Shown piece after piece: positions 38,703-49,700 of a stretch of 64,000 nucleotides of DNA (positions within the stretch are counted from its first letter, which is position 1; the number at the start of each line of letters is the position of its first letter). Position numbers and translations under genes: made by a program. The DNA is from Ostreococcus lucimarinus. Taxonomy: Eukaryota. Under the pieces are notes generated by a model. That model saw only the letters and a list, made by a program, of their open reading frames with translations. It was not told where the DNA came from and searched no databases. Location of the stretch: the NCBI GenBank assembly GCA_000092065.1, contig CP000586.1, one strand, 5' to 3'.

Positions 38703-39686
38703 TCATGTAACTTTTTTCCACGCCGACGTGTCAACGTGGGCGGAAACGACGAAGAATATGAAAAGGCCGATCGCGACGGGTGAAAGAGTCGGCAGCGCGC
38801 GGCACACTAACCGACGCACGCCGTGCGTATCTTTCGCACATTCGTACTTGTACCACACCAACGCGCACGCACAGAAGATTATTAAAAAGTATCTCATGTA
38901 TCGTGCCTTTTGGGCCCACGTCATCTTGCGGAAGCCGTACCTATCGAACGGCGCGACGTGATGCCACACCTCGTACGTGCAATTTTTTCGCCGAAACCGC
39001 ATCGAAATACGCTTCATCTCTCCATCATCGCCATCTTGCACCGGAAGCTCGGTGGCGCGACTCGCCACCGCGAAGTCTTTCTCGTCGCTCACGACGTGCC
39101 AAAACGAACCAAATTTCCGCGTCAATTCTTCTCTGATCGCCGACGCGCGTTCGTCGTGATCGTCATCGGCGGTGTCCGCATCGCTGAGAACTTTCAGCAC
39201 GGTATTCACGATCGCTCGTGGAATCCCATCGACGTCGCTCGTCACCGTCGCCGTCGCCGAACCTTTTCTTCGTTTCGCCGTCTCCGTCGCTTCGTCGTGT
39301 TCGTCCCGCATCGCTTGAAACGCCAACTGTTGCGTTCCATCCACCCCACTCCCGAGGCTCAGCGAATCGAACACCAACACGCGAAACTCCGGCGCTTCCT
39401 TCCCTCCCGCGCTTCCGCGCCTCCCTCGCGCGCGCGCCGTCGCGTAGGCCAACGATTTCTTCGCGAATCTCAAATTCACGTTAAAATCCCCCCTCCCCAC
39501 CACGACGTGCGTCGCCGCGTCGTCGATTCCTCGCGCGATCGCTTCCGCGATGCGTTTCATCCCTCCCGCGTCGCCCGCGACCGCGCGCGCGTCGCCCTCG
39601 CGCTCGAACGCCTCGCGCACCGCGCGCAGGATTTCAAGCCTTCGCCGCGGCGCGCAGTCGCATCGCCGCAGCGCGACGTCCGCCAT
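38703..39686 (-). CDS. Protein with two tandem dynein-light-chain (LC8/DYNLL)-like domains and a C-terminal hydrophobic/TM region (~327 aa from MADVALRRC)
   Basis: Domain 1: MKRIAEAIARGIDDAATHVVVGRGDFNVNLRF…FRVLVF (compare the LC8 …WHCIVGRNFGSYVTHE…IYFY…ILLF). Domain 2: ERASAIREELTRKFGSFWHVVSDEKDFAVASRAT…. C-terminal RYFLIIFCACALVWY… and …VAIGLFIFFVVSAHV hydrophobic segments. The 5' part of ORF 38703..40460 is a reverse reading of the CNOT2 G/P-rich region and is artefact. Confidence 0.45.
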   Translation of the reverse strand: MADVALRRCDCAPRRRLEILRAVREAFEREGDARAVAGDAGGMKRIAEAIARGIDDAATHVVVGRGDFNVNLRFAKKSLAYATARARGRRGSAGGKEAPEFRVLVFDSLSLGSGVDGTQQLAFQAMRDEHDEATETAKRRKGSATATVTSDVDGIPRAIVNTVLKVLSDADTADDDHDERASAIREELTRKFGSFWHVVSDEKDFAVASRATELPVQDGDDGEMKRISMRFRRKNCTYEVWHHVAPFDRYGFRKMTWAQKARYMRYFLIIFCACALVWYKYECAKDTHGVRRLVCRALPTLSPVAIGLFIFFVVSAHVDTSAWKKVT

Positions 39687-40009
39687 CGCGGTCGAGTTCG
39701 CGTCGGTCGACGTCGACGTCGACGTCGCGCGTCGCCTCGCGCGCGCGCGCGCTCGCTCTCGCGTCGCGCGGTGCGGGCTCGCGCGGAATCGACGGACGGT
39801 TCGCGAACCGTGAAAGAGTCGTCCGTCGAGCGCGACGCGCGCCGCACACGGCGACGCATCGCGACGACGGCGCGCGCGACCGACGCGGCGACGACGATCG
39901 ACGCGCGGCGACGACGCGCGCGGCGACGACGCGCGACGCGACGCGACGCGCGTGAACGACGCGAAGGGAAGGAATCGACGACGGCGATCTCGCGGCGAGA
40001 ATTCATTCG

Positions 40010-40041
<32 letters not shown>

Positions 40042-40137
40042 ACGTGAGGCGCGCGCGCGACGGCTCGGGTGGTTTGAACGGCGGTGAAAGCGGCGTCGGA
40101 CGGGGCGTCGGGAGGCCGTCGCGTCGGACGGGCGGCG

Positions 40138-41718
40138 ATGCAGAGCAACGGATACGGGCCGCAGGGCACCGCGCCGCCGCCGGGACCGTACGGGCAGCAA
40201 GGAGGGCTGCCGGGGATGCCGTATAACGCGGTTCCGCGTCCGGGAGGACAGTTTGCGCAGCAACGTCCGATGCAGAACCCGCCGGGGATGCAAGGGGCGC
40301 CGGCGATGCCGCGCGGAGTGATGGGCGGGGCGGCGCGACAAGGTTCGCTGCCGCTGCCGTACGGGGGGGTTCCGGGAACGCAGCAGCAGCCGGGCATGAT
40401 GGGAACGTCCGGAGCGGGAGGACAAGGCTCGATGGCGCAGGGTGGTATGAGCGGCGTCATGGGCGGCGTGCAGCGAGGGGTTATGCTAGACCGCAGCGCG
40501 AGCCAACCCGTGCAAGGGCAAGGGGTTCCGCAGATTCAGCGCGCCGCGAGTGGGTTGCCGATGCCGAGCGCGGGCATGAGCGCGCCCAGAGCGGGAGGTG
40601 TGATGGGCTCTGGGCCGCTGCCGCGAGCGTATCCCACGATTGGGTCGCAAGGAGACGTGAACGGAATGCCGAAGATGCAAGGCGTGGGAGGATTGGACAT
40701 GGATCCGTCGGGTGGTATGATGGGCGGATTAGGCGGTTTTGGGCGAGATCAGAAAGCGCCCGGGTTTGATGATTCCGAGTTCCCGACGTTGGGCGGTGGC
40801 GGTATGCCGCAGCGAGGGCCGTCTTTCGGAAACGGGTACGGAGGCATGCCGGGCGAAGGGTACGAGGGCGTGTACGACTTTTCAAAGCCTCAGCAGGACT
40901 TTAGCATGGAGAAGGAAGATTTCCCCGCCCTCGGTGGAAAAGGGCAAGGAAATATGGGTGGACTCGTTCCTCCGCCGGGGCTGGATGCGTCGGAGGGATC
41001 GAGTCCGTCGTATCCGCCTTTGGCTCGTCAAAGTTCGAGCGGCGTGGGTTTCGGCGCGCAAGCGCCGGGACGTCAAGCGGGTGCGCCGGGTGGAATTCAC
41101 TTCGATGGCGGAGCACCGCCGCCGCCGGGTAAGCCCGGCACGGCGGTACCGGCTAGAACGAGTGGTGGGACTTCGCAGAAGGACCGATACGGCTTGCTCG
41201 GCTTGTTGCCGGTGATTCGAATGGCGAATCCAAACGTGTCCACGCTCGCCTTGGGTGCTGACTTGACCATGCTTGGTTTGAACCTCAACTCTCCGGACAG
41301 CTTGTATAAGTCCTTCTCGTTGCCCTGGAACGATTCGGCGCCAAAGAACGACATGGAACTCACTATTCCATCCGCGTATTCGCAGCAAGTGAGTCGTTGC
41401 CATCCGGCGGTGTTCGCGAAGTTCCAGCAGGAGACGCTCTTTTACATCTTCTACAGCATGCCCGGAGAAGAGTCTCAATTATTCGCCGCGGACGAGTTGG
41501 TACAGCGCGGATGGGGGTTCCACAAAGAACTCAAGGCTTGGTTGATGCGCGTGGCGAACACCGAACCGGCGAATCAAAACGAGCAGGGCGAGCGCGGCTC
41601 TTTCTGGGTGTTCGATCCCATGACGTGGGAGCGAGTGAGGAAAGACAATTTCACGCTGCAGTACGATCAGTTGGAGACGCGCCCGACGGTTCCCTTGGCC
41701 GAAAGGAGCTTGCGTTGA
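40138..41718 (+). CDS. CNOT2: CCR4-NOT complex subunit 2-like protein (NOT2/NOT3/NOT5 C-terminal domain), ~527 aa
   Basis: Long Gly/Pro/Met/Gln-rich N-terminal region with DSEFPTLGG and EDFPALGG motifs. C-terminal NOT2_3_5 box: TIPSAYSQQ…LFYIFYSMPGEESQLFAADELVQRGWGFHKELKAWL. Confidence 0.85.
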   Translation: MQSNGYGPQGTAPPPGPYGQQGGLPGMPYNAVPRPGGQFAQQRPMQNPPGMQGAPAMPRGVMGGAARQGSLPLPYGGVPGTQQQPGMMGTSGAGGQGSMAQGGMSGVMGGVQRGVMLDRSASQPVQGQGVPQIQRAASGLPMPSAGMSAPRAGGVMGSGPLPRAYPTIGSQGDVNGMPKMQGVGGLDMDPSGGMMGGLGGFGRDQKAPGFDDSEFPTLGGGGMPQRGPSFGNGYGGMPGEGYEGVYDFSKPQQDFSMEKEDFPALGGKGQGNMGGLVPPPGLDASEGSSPSYPPLARQSSSGVGFGAQAPGRQAGAPGGIHFDGGAPPPPGKPGTAVPARTSGGTSQKDRYGLLGLLPVIRMANPNVSTLALGADLTMLGLNLNSPDSLYKSFSLPWNDSAPKNDMELTIPSAYSQQVSRCHPAVFAKFQQETLFYIFYSMPGEESQLFAADELVQRGWGFHKELKAWLMRVANTEPANQNEQGERGSFWVFDPMTWERVRKDNFTLQYDQLETRPTVPLAERSLR

Positions 41719-41828
41719 GGCGCTTAGGCGTTGTCGTTTAGGTAAAAAAGCCTTAAAAGTTTCATAAAAAAATCACAAAATCTTAAAACCTTCGCGTTGC
41801 GCGCGCGCTTAATCGTACACGTTTTGAT

Positions 41829-43031
41829 CTACATCGTGAAATTTGACACAGGAATGATGATTTCGTTTCGCCTGAGGAACGGGTTCGTGAATGGATCGTT
41901 GTACTGCGCCAACGCGGCGGCGCCGCTCGCCTCCAAACCGTCGTTCTCGATCAATTTTCGCAACTGCTTCTCCACGTCACGAGCCGCCTCCTCGGTCGCG
42001 ACGCCAGAAAATTTCTTAGCGACAAAAATACCGCCACTTTCTTCCCGCAACACTACGTTTTCATTCGTGCTCGCTGGGAGCGCGTCCACGGAGTCGCCGC
42101 TCACGACAAATTGCATCGTGGCGTTCTTCGTAAACACAGGCGTCGTCATCTCCATTTTCGTCCCACTCGCGTTGGCTTGGCCGAAGATGTAACCCGCCAA
42201 AGAATTAAAAGCTTGGCCCGCGACTTGACCGTTCATTTTTGCGCTGCTCGACGACACTTCCTTGACGTTCAGACCCGGACCCGTGGCGGCGACCAAGTAC
42301 GGCTCGTATCGTCGCACTTCGTAATCGCGCCTCTTCTTCAGCACCACGTACCCTGGGGTGTCCAAATCCGGCGTCTGCGCGAAATCAAAAATCTGTTTCA
42401 GCACCTCCACCACGCCCTCCGCACTGAGATGCCTCTGATTCTCAATCGAATCCCACGTGTCCACGTGGCGCGTCACCTTCTTAGTCTCCTCGTCGATCCC
42501 CATGATGGACGTTCCCGTAAAAGTCAGCGTCGGTCTCCAAGCGAAAGGAAACGTCGGCAATCCCATCACCATCGTCCATCGCGTCGTGATCTCCCAAGGT
42601 CCGCTCTGATATATTTCATGCATCGCGTACGTCGGCGAGAACACCCGTCGCAGCATCTGAATGTTAAACGCGTACCCGTCGAACGAGTCGTACTTCGTCA
42701 GCGGGTCCTCGAACGACACGTCTTTCGCGTACAGCGACGGATCGATCCCCTCGTCGTCGAACAGGTGCGTCAGATCCTCCGCCAGCGCCTTTCGCATCCG
42801 CGCGGACTCTTCTTCATCCATTCCCTTCGCCGTCGATGACGTCGTCGTCGTCGCGCGCGTCGCCGTCGTCGTCCGGCGTCGCGCGTCGCGCGTCGTCGGT
42901 CGCGTCGTCCGTCGCGTCATCGCGCGCGTCGGTCGCGTCGTCATCGCGCGCATCGTCGTCGTCCGTCGTCCGTCGTCTGTCGTCGTCCGTCGCCATCCGC
43001 CATCCGCCGTCGATCCACGATTTTGCCTCAT
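41829..43031 (-). CDS. DUF2358-SOUL heme-binding-domain protein (plant HBP5-like architecture) with a Thr/Arg-rich presequence. The start is ambiguous (ATG at 43031 or internal MDEEES)
   Basis: DUF2358-like: YAKDVSFEDPLTKYDSFDGYAFNIQMLRRVF. SOUL: PGYVVLKKRRDYEVRRYEPYLVAAT, AFNSLAGYIFGQAN, KMEMTTPVFTK, QYNDPFTNPFLRRNEI. Confidence 0.75.
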   Translation of the reverse strand: MRQNRGSTADGGWRRTTTDDGRRTTTMRAMTTRPTRAMTRRTTRPTTRDARRRTTTATRATTTTSSTAKGMDEEESARMRKALAEDLTHLFDDEGIDPSLYAKDVSFEDPLTKYDSFDGYAFNIQMLRRVFSPTYAMHEIYQSGPWEITTRWTMVMGLPTFPFAWRPTLTFTGTSIMGIDEETKKVTRHVDTWDSIENQRHLSAEGVVEVLKQIFDFAQTPDLDTPGYVVLKKRRDYEVRRYEPYLVAATGPGLNVKEVSSSSAKMNGQVAGQAFNSLAGYIFGQANASGTKMEMTTPVFTKNATMQFVVSGDSVDALPASTNENVVLREESGGIFVAKKFSGVATEEAARDVEKQLRKLIENDGLEASGAAALAQYNDPFTNPFLRRNEIIIPVSNFTM

Positions 43032-43143
43032 TTTCGTCGATTTGGCGAGTCATGACTCGTCCCGAGTACCGTCGTCCGCCATCCGTCGCGCGCGGTGCCG
43101 AGTTCGTCGCGATCCGGGCACGCGCGCACATCGCGACGCCGCG

Positions 43144-43162
43144 ATGGTGCGGTCGCGCGCGC

Positions 43163-43193
<31 letters not shown>

Positions 43194-46100
43194 ACGCGAC
43201 GACGTCGACGCGCGCGCGCGGGTCGCGGACGGACGACGAGGGACGGACGCGCGCGAACGCGCGGACGACGGGCGCGGGTCACGGTTTCCGAGAGACGCGC
43301 GCGCGGCGACGCGCGCGGACGCGACGCGCGGGACGCGCGAGACGGCGCGGACGTCGACGCGAGAGGACGATGGAGACGACGCGCGAGTAGACGATGGGGA
43401 CGACGGCGACGCGGGACGCGCGCGGAGGGACGCGCGACGGCGAACGGTGATGCGGGCGAAGACGCGCGCGCGATTCGACGACGACGAGAGAGGCGAGGAG
43501 ACGTTGGCGGATTTCGCGTTCGGACGGGACGTCGCGACGCGAGAATGCGTTCCGGATTTTGTGAAGCGTCCGGTAGACGCGTGGGGACGCGCGCGCGGGA
43601 GAGGTGGACTCGACGCGGCGATGTATAGATTGTCGAACGCGATGGACGACGGCCGATTCGATCCGTCGAGTTTGCGAATTGAAGACGGCGATTTTTCAAA
43701 GATTAACGGTGAGTTTGCGAAGCAGTTTTGGAGAATTAAGATGCAGTTGATGGATTGCGTCGTGATGGTAAAGCACGGATCGTTCTATAACATGTTTGAT
43801 GTGGACGCCGACGCCGGGAAGGCGGTTGGACTTCAGCAGACGGGGACGAATTCAGGATTCATGCGCAAGGTTGGCTGTCGGGCGGAGTCGTTCGATACGT
43901 GGGCGGCTCGTTTACTCGCTCGTGGGTACACGGTTGCCCGGGTGGAACAGATGAGCGAAGCGGCGAGAGAGACCTCGGTGATGAAGCGGGAGTGTTGCGA
44001 AATATTGACTCCCTCGCTCGATCGCGGGCTGACGAACAACGAGCGCGCGAATTTCTTCATCACCATCGCGGGAAGCTCCGTGAAATCTTTGCACTCGTGC
44101 GACTATTTGGGTGTGTGCGCGGTTGACGCAGATTCTGGCACCGCCGCGTTGGGTGTCGTGACGCCTCAAGATCTGCACACCGTCTTGGTGCAATACGAGC
44201 CACGAGAGGTCGTGATTAGTGAACAGCTTTCTGACGACGCGAGAAAGATGCTCGTGTCGTACGTGCGTGAAGGCGGTGACGCGACAGACTGCGTTTTACG
44301 CGTTATAGAACGTGGCAAAGTGAAAAACCCGTCGATCGAGCGCTCGAACATTCTGAATTGGTTCAAATATCACACCGACGAGCCCGTTTCAAATATTCTT
44401 CAGGAAGCCACTGAGGCAGAGTTACGAGCCGTCGGCTTTGCGATGCGTCATCTCGCTTGGTGTGGTGTGTTGCAAGACGTCTTTTCTCGAACAAAGTTTA
44501 TGTCCATAGTGTCTGTTGAGCCAAGACGAACGAATGCTGAAGAAAACCAGTCGGCTTTTGCGCTCTCGCGCGAGCTCACGCACGTCATGCGACTCGATGG
44601 CGACGCGATCAAGAACTTGCACTTGCTCTATGGCGACACTGGGAAGACTACGGGTTCGCTCTACGAGTTTCTTAATCACACGTTTACCGCTCCCGGTCGT
44701 CGACGGCTGCGACAATGGCTTCTCCGTCCGCTACAAGATGTGCGCGCCATCGACGCTCGCCTGGACGTCGTGCGAGAGTTCTCCAACAATCACGTCTTGC
44801 TACAAACTTTCCGTGACAGACTCAAGCACTTCAAGTGGGACCACGAGCGACTTTTCGCAAAGTCGTGTCGATTGGCTATCAAGTGTACGAAAGTGTACAA
44901 TATCGTTCGATTCAATCAAACGTCGCCGTTGACGCAAGAAGACGAGATGGGTCTCAGAGAACTCGCGCCGAAAGGCGCGACGAAGCTCGAAGAGATTCTT
45001 ATCGACGCTGTGAATATGATTAGCTTTTGGGAAATGCACAAAAGCGCACTTGTTACATTTGTGGACTTGGTTCGCGCGTTGATCGAGATACGCGACGTGG
45101 TTTCCACCTTGAGTGAAATTGCAGAGCGTAACGTCTCCGTTGCGAGCTTACATCGCGACGTCGAAGACGCGATATCGTTTCTTCGTGAGTTGCGTTCGTG
45201 TCTAGAAGATAGACGGAAAGAAAACACGAAAAACAAAGAAAGATACATCGTTCCAAGCGCACTTGTGTTTCGTGACTACGGTGAGTTTGCGGCGGCGGCG
45301 GAGCGAGAGAGAGCGCAAGATCCAATAGTTCGAAAACACGCGCAGCGCCAACGGCGAGAACTGCTGAGAAACATTTACATTCCACTCAGCGATGATGACG
45401 AGCGAGACGATGAAGAGCAAGACGCGGCCGACCGCGCTGACTTAGCGGCGGCTAACGCATTTACTGAAGTGATGCATGCCTTTTACGAAGAAATCCCTCG
45501 TTTTGAACGAGTGGTGAGCGCCATGGCAGATTTAGACGTTTTACAAAGTTTTGCCACGTCTTGTGCGTCTTCAAGAGGTGCTGTTGGTTTCACTCGACCA
45601 CGTTTTACTACTGACACATCCTCGAGTACTTTAGAGCTCGTCTGCAGTTGGCACCCTCTACTCAAGCCGAGTATGGTGGACGACGCCAAGAGAATCACGC
45701 ATAACAGTGGCATCGTCGATAATGATGTATCGATGAAGACGCCCTTCGTGCTTCTTACTGGTCCTAATATGTCGGGAAAATCTTCCATACTACGCCAAGT
45801 TGCTATTATTGTCATCATGGCGCAAATTGGTTGCTACGTTCCCGCGGCATCTTGCGAAATCAGCGTGGCCGACGCTGTGATGACCCGACTTGGCGGCGAC
45901 GACAATTTCGCCAACGGCGTAAGCACATTTTTGAACGAAATGAAAAGTACGGCGAAAATCATGAACGACGTAACTTCGTCTACACTGGTCATACTTGATG
46001 AACTGGGCAGAGGTACGTCTACCTTGGATGGCTACTCGATCGCATTCGCGACGAGCCTTGAATTATGCTCTTGTGCTCAAGCTCCTCGCGTGTTGTTCGC

Positions 46101-46554
46101 CACGCACTACCACGAGTTGGACAAAGATTTGGCGAGACAAGAGATTGCGCGAGGTAAGTTTGTCACAAAGCACATAGACGTATCCAGTACTCGCTCAGGC
46201 GCGCTTAAGATGACGTATAAGCTCAAGAATGGTCCAGCACCTCTCGGATCGTGCGCGTTGAATGTCGCACGCCTCGCTGGCTTTCCTCCTGGAATTCTCA
46301 CCCGCGCTTCGCACGTCTCGCAAACCGTCACCTTCAAAGGGCGAGTTAAGGATAGCGGCTTCTCAAGATCCTCGTATGTACCGCCAAAGGCGTTACTAAG
46401 TAATGAAGAACATCTCATGCTTTCAGCGCTCCTGGGCGATCCCGCTCTGACCGGTGACGCCGATAGGCTCGGCGACGGCGTTGAGTGGTGCCGACGCTTC
46501 CATGCCCTGTGGCGGAAGTGCAACGATTTATCGAACCGCGCGAACGAGCCGTGA
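43144..46554 (+). CDS. MSH6: DNA mismatch repair MutS homolog, MSH6-like (~1136 aa from ATG 43144; an alternative ATG lies at 43450)
   Basis: MutS domain I (FWRIKMQLMDCVVMVKHGSFYNMFDVDAD…GYTVARVEQ), connector, lever and clamp regions. ABC ATPase domain with Walker A LLTGPNMSGKSSILRQVAIIVIMAQIGCYVPA, then STFLNEMKSTAKIM, LVILDELGRGTSTLDGYSIA, FATHYHEL. ORF 42661.. has a 5' artefact extension antisense to the SOUL gene. Confidence 0.85.
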
Positions 46555-46623
46555 GGAAAGTTTGCGATATGTTGTCTCGCTGCCATTGTCGCGCACATTC
46601 ATGAACCACACTGTTGAGAAACA

Positions 46624-46628
46624 TGTAA
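46624..46628 (+). promoter_or_regulatory. TGTAA polyadenylation-signal motif downstream of the MSH6-like gene
   Basis: 'aacatgtaacaaaaac' ~70 nt after the stop. Confidence 0.35.
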
Positions 46629-46702
46629 CAAAAACTTTAATCGCATCGCATAACATGGCACTACACACGGTATATACTGGCACGCAAACTTCAAGATGTT
46701 CG

Positions 46703-49700
46703 TTAAATTTGAGGCAAAGCGATGTCGGCGATGTCATCACTGGAGACAAAGCGGATGTTGGCCCAATCACCGGCAGCAGCGGTAGACTTCGTGCGCTCAA
46801 GCGCGGCGATACCCGCATCACCGTCTTCGAGCACGGACGGAGTGGATGCGTTGACATCGAGGCGCTGGCGAGAAATCATAATGATATCACCGATTTGCCA
46901 GTCGCCGGGAGATGGAGCTGGCGTGGAGACGTCTTCTACCCAATAACCGAGACCTAAGACGTCAAGACTGGTGGAATCTTGCACGATCTGCTTAGGATTG
47001 ATTGGTTTTGGTTTCTCCGGTGAGGATTCCTCGGTGTAGACGGGTTTGTAAACAATCATCGTCGTCGCCGTGGCATCGGACTCTGCGTTGGACACCGGCG
47101 TCTCAAGCCGTTTTGGCGCCGAAAGGCAGCAGGAGAGAAAACCCGTCGGGTTTCTGTACGGGGTTTTCTGCACGGGAGCGTGCGACGCCATCGGCATCAC
47201 AGCTTGCGTCGTCGCCGGCGGCATCGGCATCACTGCCGCCGCAACTGGTGAAGGCTTGTCGGCGGGCACGGGTTCCGAAGGTTTTTGTGTGTGAGAGGCG
47301 ACGTAAGTTTCTAGAACGGTTTCATCCGGTTTGTCCGCGAGCATCACTTTGCCCTTCTTGCCGTTTCGCAAGTTTAAAACTTCGTAAGTGCCGGCCCAGT
47401 TCGACCCGTCGCACTTCCCACAGTTTAGCGCACGTACGGCGTCTTTATCGAAACGGAAAATCGAGCCATCGGACGGATAACCGTGTCGCCGAATGTCGAG
47501 AACATTGATGGCGGTGGACGTGCCGAGAATATTGGCGTGAATACCGCCGCCAGAGCGCGCCGTCGAGTTCGCGAGCTTGTGCAAGTCCGTTGATTCCCAT
47601 CGCACACGCACGGCGGACACATCATCCATGATCGACTTGAACGCCCGTCCCCAGCGAACGTTTTCTGTACTGAGCTCTATTTTATGCCACTTTCCATCCG
47701 AACGCAGCGCTTTCGCCGTGAACGGAAGAGCTTCGAACGACGCATCCGTGTGAACGCCGTAAATTCGTGTCCCCACGCTCGCGGCTTCAATCTGAAATTC
47801 AATCTCCAGTTCTTTCCACCACGGACCGACAAGACCGCATTGACCATACCGAATTAAATGCCCGGGTAAGTTCCAACCAGTTTCCGTCTGGCACACGTAG
47901 TTGTCCATCGACAGCGTGAATGTGTACGGCGGAGGTTGGTTGTCATGCGAATACGCCAACAACTCGATGCGATCGCCCGGCTTCCAATCCCCTTCGTGGG
48001 CGTAATCGCAAGGATTCGCGCAACCGACGCCGATGCCCGACTCGTGCTGAAACACTATGACGCTCCCACGTCGTTCGCCCGCGCTCGTGTCGTTGGGGAT
48101 CGCGAATGAGGCGCCATCGCCGCCTTTTATGACGCCCGTCTTCCAGCCTTCGTAACTCGCATCGCCCCAATCTTCAATGCCCGTGATGGCAGAGAGCTGC
48201 GAGCTCTTGAAGCGAAACCACTTCCCTTTAGGCTCTGGCTCTGTTTTGCCGGGCATGACACCGCCGGGGTAATCGATGCTCACGACATCAAGGTGTGGAT
48301 CGACGAGCTTTCTTCGTTGTCGAGGGAACACAAACGCATCGGGCTTCAGCTTTACGACTTTCTTCTCACCCGACGCCGTTTTGTACGTCCGCTCTTTCGG
48401 GGGCGGTGGTTTTTTGTGAGGATTGTACACGTAAAACTCGTCACGCTCCTGCGCGTTTGGCCCACTGATGGATTTGTCGCCCCATTTTGATGCGTCATCA
48501 ACGCACTCTTCGCCGCGGTTGCCTTCGTCCTTGGTTGGCCACTTGTTAGACCCCCAACCAACCCCGAGCAAGTCAGGATCACCCTCGAGTAAGCCGACGT
48601 GAACACCGCCGCCGTACTTTTCACTGTAGCACGGCACCCCGGGGGCGCCTTTGTCAGGCACACGAACATTAAACTTAAAGTGAGTGATAGGTTCGTACTT
48701 TCTGTCGCGATGCAGCATGAGAGCTCCGAAATGTTGCTTGTTTTTATCATCCGTGCACAGTCCACTTCGAAAAGAAGGTTGACCTTCACCTTGACTGTTA
48801 ATGCCCTCGTTGTCGCGGCAGTTGTATGTCTGACAACAACCACCCGCTTGCAGGAGCGTTCGATTATCGATGAAGACGCCGATTGGAGTGTACGGACGCC
48901 CGTTGATCAACTCGGGGTCTGATCCGGTGGGATGCTTCAGCTTGATCTCGAACATGAGCCACATCGTACGCTTGCCTCCTCGGTAATTTTGCTCTTTCGG
49001 GTAAATTCCACTTTGGCCAGGGAATATTCGCTCGATTGGCTCGTCGTTGACGCCGCCCGTCATGAAGTGGGCGTCGTCGTCTTTGGAGTAGTCTTCAACA
49101 AACTTGATCGAATCGAATTTGCTCGGATCCATGAATCGCACACCCTTCGGCAAGCCACGGTACGCGATGAGTTCGATGGGCTCGCCGACGAGCCAGTCGC
49201 CCGGCTGCGCGCTCTCGACGGGGTGATAACAGCCCACGCCCATGCCGTTTGGACCGCCAAAAACGACGATCGCCGAACGCTTTTCTTGTCGATACACACA
49301 GAAAGTCGCGCCTTTCCCCGATTTGACGCTAAAATTTTCTGTTTTGTACGCCTTCAGATCCTTATTCGCCCACTCGTGTCCGATGACGCGCGTGAGCTCA
49401 TCCATGTCGAAGCGAAAGAATCTCCCATCCGCCGGCTTGGATTTGTCCGGATACTCCAACGACGTGACGTGTACGTACTTCCGATCGGGAACTTCATCAG
49501 GAAACACGACAACATCACCCTCATCAACTTTTGAAAGCCCTTGGTCGACCGTCGATCCGTTCGGTTTCACGTCTGGAATCGTCCCGAGCGCCGGCGCCCT
49601 CCCGTCCCCCGCGAGTCCAAAGCTCAACGTTTTCGACAACTGCCTGAGCATCGACGGTTGCTTTTTAAACACGTGCACGTTATGTTCCACCACCACCACC

